From the NCBI GenBank assembly GCA_050253415.1, contig JBFWJC010000001.1, positions 288,001-352,000 of the forward strand: a stretch of 64,000 nucleotides of DNA, in the 5' to 3' direction. Numbering within the stretch: position 1 is the first letter of the stretch; the number at the start of each line of letters is the position of its first letter. Under the pieces are notes generated by a model that was not told the DNA's origin, did no database searches, and saw only the letters and a program-made list of their open reading frames with translations. Shown here piece by piece: positions 11,004 to 21,661 of this stretch. The translations under genes and the position numbers were made by a program. The DNA is from Pedobacter sp. (GTDB lineage Bacteria; Desulfobacterota; Desulfuromonadia; Desulfuromonadales; Syntrophotaleaceae).

Positions 11004-12032
11004 TCAGTAATTGCCGCCGATCCCTTCCTCGGCGGCATCACTCACCGGGCCACGGAAGATGCGGTAGATCCAGACTTTGTAGGCGATAATGATCGGGATA
11101 AATATGGCGACCACTACAGTCATGATGCCCAGGGTGTAAGGACTGGACGAGGAGTTGAACAGACTCAGGCTGTAGGCCGGATCGAGGCTGGACGGGATGA
11201 GGTTCGGGAACAGGCCGATGATGCCGGTCGCCACCACCAGCACGATAGCGGCGCAGGATGCGGCGAAAGCTTGCAGCCATTTATCTTGCGCCACCAGCAG
11301 GCGCACCGCGACCAGTTCCAGGGCCGCCATCAGCGGCACCACCCACAATGTCGGCGTGGCCTGAAAGTTACCGTAAAGGGCGGTTGCCGGAGCGGTAAAC
11401 ACCAGAAAGGCCACCGCTATTGCGAGCATGAAGGGCCAAAGTGTGCGGGCTGTGCTCCGCGCTTTTTCCCGTAAATCACCACTGGTTTTGATGGCCAGGT
11501 ACAACGCACCGTGCTGCAGAAACAAGGCTATGAACAGCACGCCGGTCAAGAGACCGTAAGGGTTAAGCAAGGCAAGCAGGGAACCGTGATAACCGGTCGC
11601 ATCCATGGGTAAGCCCTGAAAGATATTGCCGAATGCCACTCCGAACAACAGGGTAATGACCAGGCTGGAGAGCACGATGGCCCAATCCCAGCAGCGTTTC
11701 CAGGAGGATGTTTCGTTCAGACCGCGGAATTCAAAGGACACCCCGCGTATGATGAGCCCGAACAACAAGAGCAGCAGCGGGGCATACAGGTAACTGAACA
11801 TCAGCGCATAAGTAGTTGGAAAAGCAGCAAAGGTGGCGCCGCCCGCGGTAATCAGCCACACTTCGTTACCGTCCCACACCGGACCGTAGGTGCGGATCAT
11901 CTGCTGGCGCTGCAGATCGTCACGGGCGATGAATTTGTGCAGCATGCCGGCGCCGAGGGTAAAGCCATCGAGCATGAAATACAGGGCCCATAAAAGCCCC
12001 CACAGGGCAAACCAGAGCACTTGAAGGGTCAT
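11004..12032 (-). CDS. cydB: Cytochrome bd ubiquinol oxidase subunit II
   Basis: LDGFTLGAG and PVWDGNEVWL motifs. Confidence 0.95.
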   Translation of the reverse strand: MTLQVLWFALWGLLWALYFMLDGFTLGAGMLHKFIARDDLQRQQMIRTYGPVWDGNEVWLITAGGATFAAFPTTYALMFSYLYAPLLLLLFGLIIRGVSFEFRGLNETSSWKRCWDWAIVLSSLVITLLFGVAFGNIFQGLPMDATGYHGSLLALLNPYGLLTGVLFIALFLQHGALYLAIKTSGDLREKARSTARTLWPFMLAIAVAFLVFTAPATALYGNFQATPTLWVVPLMAALELVAVRLLVAQDKWLQAFAASCAAIVLVVATGIIGLFPNLIPSSLDPAYSLSLFNSSSSPYTLGIMTVVVAIFIPIIIAYKVWIYRIFRGPVSDAAEEGIGGNY

Positions 12033-12034
12033 CG

Positions 12035-13369
12035 TTAGGCCTCCTGTTTGATGGTAACGGCGTCTGCAGGACCTTTGGCCGCGATTTTGGTCAATAGATA
12101 AAAATCAAGCACGCCCAGGCCACCGTACAGCAGGGTAAATCCGAGCAGCGAGCCGATCACATGTGCCGGTGTAAGGTTCGAGGAGACTCCGGCACTGGTT
12201 TTCATCAGGCCGTAAACAATCCAGGGCTGCCGACCGACCTCCGCCGCAATCCAGCCGAGCTGATTGGCCAGATACGGCAGCGGGATGGCGTAGAACATCA
12301 GGCGCAAAAACCAGCGATGTCCAACCAGTGTACCCCGCCGTGACAACAGCAGCGCGGCGATGCTTGACAGCACAAAAAATACCCCCAGGCCGACCATGGC
12401 GCGGAAGCTCAGGAAGACGGGTAAAACCGGCGGGCGTTCCTCGACGGGGAATTCCTTGAGTCCTTTGACTTCGGAATTAAGATTCTTATGCGCCAGATAG
12501 CTCAGCATCTTGGGGACGGGCAAGGCCTGCACCAGATTCCGTTCGTTGGCCTCATCGGGCCAGACGATCAGATTCAGAGGCGCGCCACTGCTGGTTTCCC
12601 AGGTCGATTCCAGGGCGGCAAACTTGGTCGGCTGGAAATGCGCCACCACGCTGGCCTGCATGTCGCCGCTGAACATGACCAGACAGGCGGCGACCAGGGC
12701 AAAGGGCGCGGCCATGCGGAAAGAGCGCCGGAAGAATTCGGGGTGGGAGTTGCGCAGCAGGTGCCAGGCCGATACTCCCATGACAAAAAATGCGGACAAC
12801 AGGTGCGCGGAGATAACCGTGTGGAAAAATTTGATCAGGCCGTAAGGATTGGTCAGCAGTGCGCCGAAATCGACCATCTCGGCGCGGTTGTTGCGCAGGA
12901 CGTAACCGACCGGATTCTGCATCCAGCCATTGGCCAACAGGATCCACAAAGCCGACATGTTGGAGCCCAACACCACCATCCAGATGGCAAAACAGTGCAC
13001 TTTTTTGGATACCTTGTCCCACCCGAAGATCCACAAACCGATGAAGACCGACTCCAGGAAAAACGCCGCGGTTGCTTCGATGGCCAGCGGGGCTCCGAAG
13101 ATGTCGCCGACATAGCGGGAGTATTCCGCCCAGTTCATGCCGAACTGAAATTCAAGGGTGATGCCGGTGACGATACCCAGGGCAAAGTTGACCAGAAACA
13201 GCTTGCCCCAGAAGCGGGTCATGCGCAGGTACATTTCATCGCCGGTGCGCACATATCGGGTCTCCATCCATGCGACCAGGATGGAAAGCCCCAACGTCAA
13301 AGGTACAAACATGAAGTGAAACAAGGTGGTGATGGCAAATTGAAGCCGACTTAAGGTAACCACATCCAT
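12035..13369 (-). CDS. cydA: Cytochrome bd ubiquinol oxidase subunit I
   Basis: LSRLQFAITTLFHFMFVP, EFQFGMNW and EVGRQPW motifs. Confidence 0.96.
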   Translation of the reverse strand: MDVVTLSRLQFAITTLFHFMFVPLTLGLSILVAWMETRYVRTGDEMYLRMTRFWGKLFLVNFALGIVTGITLEFQFGMNWAEYSRYVGDIFGAPLAIEATAAFFLESVFIGLWIFGWDKVSKKVHCFAIWMVVLGSNMSALWILLANGWMQNPVGYVLRNNRAEMVDFGALLTNPYGLIKFFHTVISAHLLSAFFVMGVSAWHLLRNSHPEFFRRSFRMAAPFALVAACLVMFSGDMQASVVAHFQPTKFAALESTWETSSGAPLNLIVWPDEANERNLVQALPVPKMLSYLAHKNLNSEVKGLKEFPVEERPPVLPVFLSFRAMVGLGVFFVLSSIAALLLSRRGTLVGHRWFLRLMFYAIPLPYLANQLGWIAAEVGRQPWIVYGLMKTSAGVSSNLTPAHVIGSLLGFTLLYGGLGVLDFYLLTKIAAKGPADAVTIKQEA

Positions 13370-13672
13370 CGATCAACCCCTCCTTTCTGAGAGCCCTCTT
13401 TGCTGCTGGAGGGCGGTGCGCCGGGGAGGTTGTCGACAACCCCCTGAAAGCGAAAATGACGGCAATGTTGGACCGTGATTGCATGCGTATCGAAATCGGA
13501 TTGTTCAACGCCAAACATCATGGCATTATATCTGGAAAGCGAGCCCGATTGGTTGACCCACAATACATATAACAAACGTAACTGACTTTTTCAGTAATAA
13601 TTTACTGGAGACACGGTATTCGACTGCCGTTTGCTGACTGGCTCGCGGTCGAGCAATGAGAGAGTAAAGGTA

Positions 13673-14731
13673 TCAGTCGGTTTTTTCTTCCCCGACATTG
13701 GTTGGCCCCGGAATCGTTGCCGGTCCCAGCAGAACCGATACCCAGCGGGTGTCTTCGCGGCTGTCGAGGGCGATCTTGGCCGTCATGGTCAGGGGCACCG
13801 ACAGCAACATGCCGACCGGCCCCAGCAACCATCCCCAGAATAGCAGAGACAGGAAAACCACCAACGGTGAAAGCCCCAGTCCCCGCCCCATAAAGCGTGG
13901 TTCGATGGCACTGCCCATGATTAGATTGATGATCAGGAACCCGATCCCCACCAGCAGTGCCCGCCATAATCCAAGCTGGACGGCCGCCAGCAGCACTGCA
14001 GGTCCTGCGGCAATGATCGATCCGATGTTGGGGACGTAATTCAGCAAAAAGGCCAGCACTCCCCATAGCAAAGGATAGTCGACGCCAAGGATAATCAGCC
14101 ACAGGGTAACCAGCACACCGGTGATAAGGCTGATGATGGTTTTAATCGCCATGTAGTGCTGGACATTGTGTACGAAGTGATCGAAGCCGGACAGACTGTC
14201 CGAGTCGCCTAAAATGGCGCGCAATTTACCCGGCATGCCCGAGGCCTCAAGAAGCATGAAAATGACTGTCATAAGGACCAAAAAACCGTTGGCCAGTACG
14301 TTGGTGAGGGCATTGAACAGCGCTGCCACCAGTTTCATGGCGGCACCCGGATCGAAAATGTCGGTCAGGGCCTGCCCGGAAATGCTGACGTGTTTCTGGG
14401 CCAGCCATGCGATGAGTGTGTCGGCCTGTTGTCGGAATCTGGCTTCGTAAAGAGGCAGGTTTTCGGAGAAGTCACTGACGGAAGTGCCGACCAGACCGGC
14501 AAGAAGTAATCCGGCTACAAATACCGTGAGGATAACCAGCAATAACGCCAACCAGGTGGGCAGTCCCCGGCGTTGTAGCCAAAACATGGGGGAAGCGCAT
14601 AAAATGGCAATAAACCCCGCCAGGAGAAAAGGTACCAGGATAACCTTTCCTGCACTGAGTCCTGCGGCGACGATGACCAGTGAGGCCAGAACGATCAGCA
14701 CCTGGGCGACGCTCATGTTGCGGTTGGACAT
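13673..14731 (-). CDS. AI-2E family transporter
   Basis: Hydrophobic protein; LNYVPNIGS and WGWLLGPVGMLLSVPLT motifs. Confidence 0.88.
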   Translation of the reverse strand: MSNRNMSVAQVLIVLASLVIVAAGLSAGKVILVPFLLAGFIAILCASPMFWLQRRGLPTWLALLLVILTVFVAGLLLAGLVGTSVSDFSENLPLYEARFRQQADTLIAWLAQKHVSISGQALTDIFDPGAAMKLVAALFNALTNVLANGFLVLMTVIFMLLEASGMPGKLRAILGDSDSLSGFDHFVHNVQHYMAIKTIISLITGVLVTLWLIILGVDYPLLWGVLAFLLNYVPNIGSIIAAGPAVLLAAVQLGLWRALLVGIGFLIINLIMGSAIEPRFMGRGLGLSPLVVFLSLLFWGWLLGPVGMLLSVPLTMTAKIALDSREDTRWVSVLLGPATIPGPTNVGEEKTD

Positions 14732-15021
14732 GGTTACCCCCAATAATGGAAAGAATCTGTGGACAACTTGTGGAAAAAGTGTTGAATATGCACAGAGGGA
14801 TCTAAAAGCCGATTATATGATTGGAAAATTTATAGAATAATAGTCTTTTCGAGAAAAAATCGCAACGGCGCAAGGTCCAGTGGGGGATGTGGTTTATCGT
14901 GATCTGACAACCTGGATAATGGAGGTCGCATCATCACCGGATGCGAAACTCGAACATCCCGCGACAGAAAAGATGAACTCTGCCGCCGGGATGAGCTATC
15001 CGGGAAGTGGAGGTGGCAGAC

Positions 15022-15624
15022 TCAGCGCGTGGTACGCTTGCTGCGAGTACGTTTCAAGCGAATCAGCGCCGCTTCTACACGGGTAAAATCGGGATGCTTG
15101 CGATCCATGCCAGCGAGGTCAAGTTTGTACTTTTTAGCCATTTCCACGACGACAGGCAAAGGTTCGGGGTCGGCTTTGGCCCAAATCGGACGTAATTCAC
15201 GCAAAAAGATATTGACGGTAACCGGATCTATTCCGCGCAGGGAGGTCAACCGGAATTCAAGGTCTTTCGCATCCTTTGCAGATTCATGCAGTTGGCTCAG
15301 GCTTCCCTCGTAATACTCCTGCAATGTATTGCAAATTTCCAGGACATTGCTTGCTGCCACACCATCGTGACGGAGATAGCCACCTTCCCTCATAATGGGA
15401 TGAACCAGATGGCTCCAGCCAGCCTGCGAAATGCTCATTGGGTCAAGAAGTTGATATTTTTGAAATGTACGATAGGTCTTGCGGGCAACATCCTGTGACA
15501 CCGGTCCGCCAAATAACACGGTTGCCAGCAGCCATTTGAAGAGTTCGCCATCGGAGCAACGCGGCAGATCGATGCCAAGCTCTTCGGAAAATAAGGGAAA
15601 TGACAGCAAATCCTGAATATTCAT
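15022..15624 (-). CDS. HhH-GPD-like DNA repair domain protein
   Basis: FKWLLATVLFG and LRGIDPVTVNIFLRELR resemble a helix-hairpin-helix family. Confidence 0.55.
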   Translation of the reverse strand: MNIQDLLSFPLFSEELGIDLPRCSDGELFKWLLATVLFGGPVSQDVARKTYRTFQKYQLLDPMSISQAGWSHLVHPIMREGGYLRHDGVAASNVLEICNTLQEYYEGSLSQLHESAKDAKDLEFRLTSLRGIDPVTVNIFLRELRPIWAKADPEPLPVVVEMAKKYKLDLAGMDRKHPDFTRVEAALIRLKRTRSKRTTR

Positions 15625-16114
15625 GACAGCTTCCTTCCAGCGATATAATTATTGCATTCTAAATATGCATGGAATATGCCGTTTTCGGAAACGATTTTGG
15701 GTGGCCTCTTGCGGGGCAGGGATGCTGTTGCGATTCACCAGGATCAAAGACTGTATCCAGGTCAGCATCATGGTGGTGACGGGTTGTCAGGCGGATCTTG
15801 AATAGCATGAATAACCAGGCGGGATCGCGAAACGGAGGCCATAAGCGGCTTGGCTTAGGATGGTGAGGGACGGCTAGCAGCCTCGATAGGTATGGAGGGG
15901 GGGTGATGGTAAAGCTTGCGCATCATCAATGCGATACAGATGTGCCCGCAACGATGAAGGCCATTTTTGCCGAAGAAGCGGTTATTTAACCGACTTGTCT
16001 TTTTATGGGGATTAAATGGTGGTAAAGCAGACATCCCGGAGTTCTCTGCCGGCAACCCTGGATTCTCAGTCGGGTTGCACCATAAAACCGGTCTGTGGCA
16101 ACGTGACGGAATGT

Positions 16115-16507
16115 CTAGCCACACTGGATGCTGGAAGTCAGGTTATATATCGCGATGTCCACTCCGCAATCCTGGCAGATTATCGCATTTTCCTGCGGGG
16201 TCAGGCAGCAAGGGCAGAGCTGGGTCGATATAGGTGAGTCGCACAATAACGAAACCGAGTTTCCCGTAGGGATCGGTTCCATGGCTTCGACAGTGCATAA
16301 AGCTCCAGCCCGCCGAAAAAGTTCCCAACAACGCCATGCGGCCTTGCGGTCGATTCCGGAACGCATGGCGGTCTTTCCGGAAAAAATACGATCCAGCGTC
16401 TGGGGACTGAATTGACAGAGTCTTTCCAGATTGGATCGTACCTGCTTGCGGGTCATCCCCGGAGTCAGGTGACCCGTAAACACCACCTTGAAAAGGGCCT
16501 TTTCCAT
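16115..16507 (-). CDS. Hypothetical protein with C-terminal zinc ribbon
   Basis: CPCC..CQDCG motif; GGAAGG RBS. Confidence 0.6.
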   Translation of the reverse strand: MEKALFKVVFTGHLTPGMTRKQVRSNLERLCQFSPQTLDRIFSGKTAMRSGIDRKAAWRCWELFRRAGALCTVEAMEPIPTGNSVSLLCDSPISTQLCPCCLTPQENAIICQDCGVDIAIYNLTSSIQCG

Positions 16508-16682
16508 GCCTTCCCCCTTGAAATAGCGCCGTTTTTTACAGAGTTGGCTTTTTCGCTGCCCTCAAGAGTTGTACCCCTTAAGTCAATGCCTGCAGATAGT
16601 GAAACAACAACCGGATCTACCAATAGCACACATTAATGTTGTTTTGCTAAATGTTTTTTGGTACCCGGGGAAGCCAGGGAGG

Positions 16683-18836
16683 TTAGTTGTCGGTCAGGCT
16701 GGCGGCCAGCAGTTGGACGGAATGGACAACCCGGATCGGAGCAGTGTTCTTCTCCAGCAGGCCGCGTAACATGATCAGACATCCCGGACAATCTGCCGCC
16801 ACAACTTCGGCACCGGTGGCCAGGATGTCAGCAAGTTTATCCTTGGCGATGGCGCGGGCAATGGACGGTTGACCCAGTACCGAATAGGAACCGCCGAATC
16901 CGCAGCAGCGATCGGAGTGGGCCATCTCCGTCAGTTGCCAGCCGGCGCCAGCCAATAGCTGGCGCGGCTGCACGTGAACATTGGAGCCGCGGCGCAAATG
17001 GCAGGAATCGTGGTAGGTGACAGTTCCGGCGCTGCCCGGTGGGACAGCCGGCGAAGCGTCTGCAAGTTGTTCGACGAGCAGTACGGCCGCATCCCGGGTG
17101 ATGGCTGCCAGCCCTGCGGCGCAGTCGGCGAGAGCGGGGTCATCGGCCAGCAGCTCGGGGAAATGTTTGGTCAGTGCGGTGGTGCAAGTGGGGCAGACCG
17201 TGACCACCGCATCGGCCTGGGTCTGGGCCAGCGCCACAACATTCTGGCGAGCAAGTTCGGTGGCGGTTGCGGCATCCCCTGCATAAAGGGCCGGGATGCC
17301 GCAGCAGCTTTGTCCTTCGGGGTATACCAGTTCAATACTGAAATGCCGAAACAGACGGGCCAGCGCCAGTCCGATGTCCGGCAGGACAAATTCTGCGGCA
17401 CATCCTCCGAACAGGGCTACCCGCAGCCTCGGTGAGGCAACCCCAGGCTGTTCGGCCAACAGATCGCGCAACGGTCGCTCGGCGATGGCCGGCAGGGTGC
17501 GCCATTCGGTCAGGGAGGAAAAAAACAGCGGCAGGTGCCGAATGCTGGAGGCATTACCAGTGATCGGCTTCTGCAAGCGTGCGGCGGTTCGTAGCAGTCC
17601 GTGGAACAGCCGTCGGTTGCGCAGAACCCGTTTGAAGACCAGGTCCTTGATGGCGCCGACCCCTTCGCTCTCGGTCAGGCGGCGTCGCAAACCAAGGATG
17701 ATATGCTCAAGATCGATGTGCGCCGGGCAGACATTGACACAGGCGCGGCAGCCGATGCAGGCATGGATCAGTTCGGCGGCATCGTTCAGTCCGTGCAGGA
17801 AGGCCGTAAGCACGATACCGATGGCGCCGACATAGACATGCCCGAAAACGTGCCCGCCGATAGTCTGGTAGACCGGGCAGACATTGGCGCAGGCGCCGCA
17901 TCGAAGGCAGCGCCAGGCATCGCACGCTTCCTTCGACAAGGCCAGCTTGCTGCGACCGTTGTCGAGCAGTACGATATGCAATTCCCGCGGCTTCTCGCGG
18001 CCGGGCGACGGGCCCCGCAGCCAGGTCACATAGGAACTGGCCGCCTGGGCGGTGGCGTTGCGCGGCAGGACCTGCAGCACTCTGACGGCGTCTTCGAGAC
18101 TAGGAACCAGTTTGTCGATGCCGACCAGCACCACGTGCACCGGCGGTATGGTCGCTACCAGGCGGGCATTGCCTTCGTTGGTGACAAGAGCCAGGCTGCC
18201 ATCCTCAACCACTGCCAGATTGGCACCGCTGATGCCCATATCGGCGTTAAGAAATTCTTTGCGCAGGGTGCGCCGGGCGACCTCGACCAGGTGCGCGATA
18301 TCTTCCGACTCATGTTCCCCCGTCAACGTGCCGAATAGCTCCGCCACCTGATCCCGGAACATATGGATGGCCGGCATGACCATGTGGCTGGGACGCTGTC
18401 CGGCGAGTTGCACGATCCATTCGCCAAGATCGGTTTCGACCACCCGCATACCTATGTCTTCCAGGGCATGATTGAGGGCGATCTCCTCGCCGGCCATGCT
18501 TTTACTCTTGACGGCCAGGTGCGCTTCGTGACGTTGTGCCAGTTCGGTTATATAGGTATTGGCTGCCTGTGCATCCTGGGCCAGGAAAACCTTGGCTCCG
18601 GTTGCTTCGGCCTGTTGCATGAACAGTTTCAGCTGATGCGGCCAGTCATCGCGTACCGTATCCTTCATGGCGGCGATAGCATGGCGCAGGCCCTCAAAGT
18701 CGAGGTCGGCAAAGGCTTCGGCCCGGGCTGCCAGATAAGCGTCCCCAAAACGATGCAAGGCATCCTGGCGGCGAACATCGGACAGGGCTTGATCGATAAG
18801 GTGGCGATAATGGCGGGCACGACGGCTCATGTCCAA
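16683..18836 (-). CDS. L-lactate utilisation Fe-S protein, LutB-LutA (LldF-LldE) fusion
   Basis: LUD domain (VETDLGEW, VTNEGN), two CxxCxxCxxxCP motifs and two CCG domains (CCGIP, YHDSCH..CCGFGG). Confidence 0.85.
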   Translation of the reverse strand: MDMSRRARHYRHLIDQALSDVRRQDALHRFGDAYLAARAEAFADLDFEGLRHAIAAMKDTVRDDWPHQLKLFMQQAEATGAKVFLAQDAQAANTYITELAQRHEAHLAVKSKSMAGEEIALNHALEDIGMRVVETDLGEWIVQLAGQRPSHMVMPAIHMFRDQVAELFGTLTGEHESEDIAHLVEVARRTLRKEFLNADMGISGANLAVVEDGSLALVTNEGNARLVATIPPVHVVLVGIDKLVPSLEDAVRVLQVLPRNATAQAASSYVTWLRGPSPGREKPRELHIVLLDNGRSKLALSKEACDAWRCLRCGACANVCPVYQTIGGHVFGHVYVGAIGIVLTAFLHGLNDAAELIHACIGCRACVNVCPAHIDLEHIILGLRRRLTESEGVGAIKDLVFKRVLRNRRLFHGLLRTAARLQKPITGNASSIRHLPLFFSSLTEWRTLPAIAERPLRDLLAEQPGVASPRLRVALFGGCAAEFVLPDIGLALARLFRHFSIELVYPEGQSCCGIPALYAGDAATATELARQNVVALAQTQADAVVTVCPTCTTALTKHFPELLADDPALADCAAGLAAITRDAAVLLVEQLADASPAVPPGSAGTVTYHDSCHLRRGSNVHVQPRQLLAGAGWQLTEMAHSDRCCGFGGSYSVLGQPSIARAIAKDKLADILATGAEVVAADCPGCLIMLRGLLEKNTAPIRVVHSVQLLAASLTDN

Positions 18837-18841
18837 TTCCT

Positions 18842-19408
18842 TCAGCTTTCGAGAAAATCGTCGGACAACCCATCGAGCAGCAGGATATGCAACTCCCGGG
18901 GTCCATGGGCACCGATAGTCAAGACTCGTTCGATGTCGGCTGTGCGGCTCGGGCCGGTAATAAACGCGATAAAGTCAGGGCTTTGTCGGCTGTGCAGACG
19001 CCTGAGAAGAGGCACCGCCGCCATGTGGTCGGGCAGGATTTTATGCGGATTGAGCAAGACGAAGTGGCGCTCGGGCAAGGTGCTGGCAAGGCGAATGGCC
19101 TGCGCGGTGGACTCAATGACCACCGTGCCGGTGTCGGCCAGGCCGAAGTTGGCGCCGGTAATGCCGGCCGCGGCGGTGGCTGCCGCATGAAACAGGTCGC
19201 CGCAGATGACCTCGGCACCCTGTTCCCGCAGTAATTTTGCCAGGTTAAGTTGGCGGGCTGCCGGAAAGTCCGGCAAAACAATGTTGCCGCCGGCATGCCG
19301 GACGATATAGTCGACAGCAGCCTGGGTCGATAGACAGTGCACCGTACGTGCGCCAACCCGGCTGGCTGCCTGGCAGAATTGCTCGAAAAGCATTTCAGGT
19401 GTTTTCAT
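18842..19408 (-). CDS. Lactate utilisation protein LutC/LldG (LUD domain)
   Basis: FITGPSRTADIERVLTIGAHGP motif. Confidence 0.85.
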   Translation of the reverse strand: MKTPEMLFEQFCQAASRVGARTVHCLSTQAAVDYIVRHAGGNIVLPDFPAARQLNLAKLLREQGAEVICGDLFHAAATAAAGITGANFGLADTGTVVIESTAQAIRLASTLPERHFVLLNPHKILPDHMAAVPLLRRLHSRQSPDFIAFITGPSRTADIERVLTIGAHGPRELHILLLDGLSDDFLES

Positions 19409-19433
19409 GAAAGGTCGCGACCCCGATCGTCGC

Positions 19434-20183
19434 TCAGGCACCGCGTCCGGATTTGAAACGCTTGAGCCAGAGCTGGAATTCCTTTTCTTCGTGTTCCAGT
19501 TCGAAGGCGTTGATCAAGCCGCGGCGCAAGGCCACGGCGACGGAACGGTTGCGCAGGTTGAAAGCATCCCCGACTTTTTCGCCATGGAATTGTTCCTGAT
19601 CGACGCCAAGTTTGTTGTACAGGGAATTGAGGCGGCTCTGTACCCCCCGTCGCGAAAGATAACGTCGCTGGGCAATCAGGTTGTCGGTCAACCCCAGGGA
19701 AATATCGAGCAGCGCTTCGAATTCGATATCGGACAAAGCTGTCTGGCTATGCCCGGTGCGTCCTTGTACCTTACGCACTTCAGGGTCGATCCAGCATTGT
19801 TCCTCCAGCAGCACGGTGCGGATGGCGGATACGATGCGGTCGCGCGGATTGGACTTGAGAATGTAACCGTAAACGGTCTCAGGCGGGACGATGCGTGACA
19901 GCGTGCGCACATACATTTCGTCCTTGAACTGGCTCCAGAATACGATGCGGGCCTGGGGTTTGCGTTTCCAGAGGTTGCGCGCCAGCTCGATACCGTTCAT
20001 TTCCGGCATCTGGATATCGCTGATCAACAGCGGCTGCTCCAGTTGCAGGGCCAGTTCCAGGGCCGCCATGCCGTTGGGAGCCCGGTCGATCTGACAGGTT
20101 TCCTCCCACCCCTTGATCAGCAGTTCCAGAAATTCAAAATCACGTGGATTGTCTTCCGCGATTACAATGCGCACATCGGTCAT
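19434..20183 (-). CDS. Response regulator (REC plus LuxR-like HTH)
   Basis: IAED, SDIQMPEMNG; C-terminal HTH-like segment. Confidence 0.85.
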   Translation of the reverse strand: MTDVRIVIAEDNPRDFEFLELLIKGWEETCQIDRAPNGMAALELALQLEQPLLISDIQMPEMNGIELARNLWKRKPQARIVFWSQFKDEMYVRTLSRIVPPETVYGYILKSNPRDRIVSAIRTVLLEEQCWIDPEVRKVQGRTGHSQTALSDIEFEALLDISLGLTDNLIAQRRYLSRRGVQSRLNSLYNKLGVDQEQFHGEKVGDAFNLRNRSVAVALRRGLINAFELEHEEKEFQLWLKRFKSGRGA

Positions 20184-20188
20184 CCGTG

Positions 20189-21595
20189 TCAGTCCTCCTG
20201 GCTGCTGCCGGTCGGTACCGGCAGGGTCAGTTCAAAGCGGGTACCGCTGGAAAAACGCGAGCTGCTCCATCGCACCTGGGCACCGATGGTCCGTGCGCGT
20301 TCACGGATATTGTTCAATCCCCGACCGGCGCGCATGGCAACCTGTTCAAGATCGAAGCCTATGCCATTGTCTTCAATGGAAAGCATCACCTGGTCGCCGC
20401 AAACATTCAGATTCACTTCATAGCGCGAAGACCGCGCATGCTTGATGACATTGTGGACGGCCTCGACCGCAATGCGGTAAAGGGTCAGTTTCTGCAGGCG
20501 CGTCAAGCCGGTGTTGTCGATCTCCGGCGAAATGTAGAGATGATACTCCGGCATGTCCCCTTTGCCGAGGTGGCGCTCCAGGTGGGATTCCAGTGCCGCA
20601 CCCAGTCCCAGAATGTCGAGGGTCTGGGGGTGCAGGTTGTCCATCAACTGGCGCAGGTTGGCAATCGCCCGTAATAGATCCTCTTCCAGGGTGCAGACTT
20701 CGTTGCGCAGTTCCCCTTCCGCGGACAGGCTTTGCAAGCCGCGCAGGATGCCCGACAGATCGCACAGTGTCTGATCATGGATATCCATGGCAATGCGGCG
20801 GCGTTCTTCCTCAGCCCCTTCCAGCAGTTTTTCGGTTCCGACCACCCGGATAAGCTGATCGGTCATGTGGTTGATCGACAGAGCCAGATCATCCAGTTCG
20901 TCGCGCACCGGGTTGGGTGCGGGGGGCGGCGCCAGATCTCCCCGCACGATGCGGCCGGCACTGTCGCTGAGAGTCTGCACCCGCCGCAGAATGCCGCGGG
21001 CGAAAAACAGTGACAGCAGGATGCCGACGGGAATGGCTGCACCGAGGACAAATACGGATACCACTGCCGCCCTGTCCGTAAGATTGTCGAGATCTTTGCT
21101 GTTGGGCGGGGGCGAATCCTTGCGCATCTGCTTGGTCTGCTCGTTGAGTTTCAACAGGTTGGGGCGCAGCTGCTCCAGTCCTTCCGTAAAAACCCAGATG
21201 TTGAACTCATCCTGTTTGGGATAAACCGCCTCGACCGCACGGGCCAGCTCCTGCGCCTGTTCTTCGGGTAGAACCATGTATTTCTGCAGACGTTCAAGGC
21301 CGCTGGCCAGGTGGGCATAGGCCTGATCGAGATCGCGGAGCAGGGCATCCAGATTTTCGTAGCTGGCCTGCCCGCTTTTCACCAGTACCTGGTACTGGTG
21401 GACAGAGTCGTCCATCACCCGGGCCGCGATATTTGCTTCGGTAATCCCCATGAGGATCGCTCCGACCCCTTCGGCCTGTTCGCGCTTTCGGGACAGATCC
21501 ATATAGGTGTATTGCAAAAAAATCAGCAGCAGGGTCATCAATAGCAACACTGCCGCCGGTGCAATCAATATCTGATGTTTGAGAGTCAGTCGCAT
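20189..21595 (-). CDS. Sensor histidine kinase (HAMP, HisKA_3/NarX type)
   Basis: ERRRIAMDIHD, EAVHNVIKHA and EDNGIGF motifs. Confidence 0.9.
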   Translation of the reverse strand: MRLTLKHQILIAPAAVLLLMTLLLIFLQYTYMDLSRKREQAEGVGAILMGITEANIAARVMDDSVHQYQVLVKSGQASYENLDALLRDLDQAYAHLASGLERLQKYMVLPEEQAQELARAVEAVYPKQDEFNIWVFTEGLEQLRPNLLKLNEQTKQMRKDSPPPNSKDLDNLTDRAAVVSVFVLGAAIPVGILLSLFFARGILRRVQTLSDSAGRIVRGDLAPPPAPNPVRDELDDLALSINHMTDQLIRVVGTEKLLEGAEEERRRIAMDIHDQTLCDLSGILRGLQSLSAEGELRNEVCTLEEDLLRAIANLRQLMDNLHPQTLDILGLGAALESHLERHLGKGDMPEYHLYISPEIDNTGLTRLQKLTLYRIAVEAVHNVIKHARSSRYEVNLNVCGDQVMLSIEDNGIGFDLEQVAMRAGRGLNNIRERARTIGAQVRWSSSRFSSGTRFELTLPVPTGSSQED

Positions 21596-21661
21596 GACGG
21601 GCAAGATAACATAAAATTTATGTTGATGCACTGTGCTTCAGCACAGCCCCAAACCGTTGTT

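Noticed and set aside
14880..16114. Short overlapping ORFs flanking the 15022-15624 gene
   Set aside because: No motifs or convincing RBS; treated as intergenic or shadow frames.
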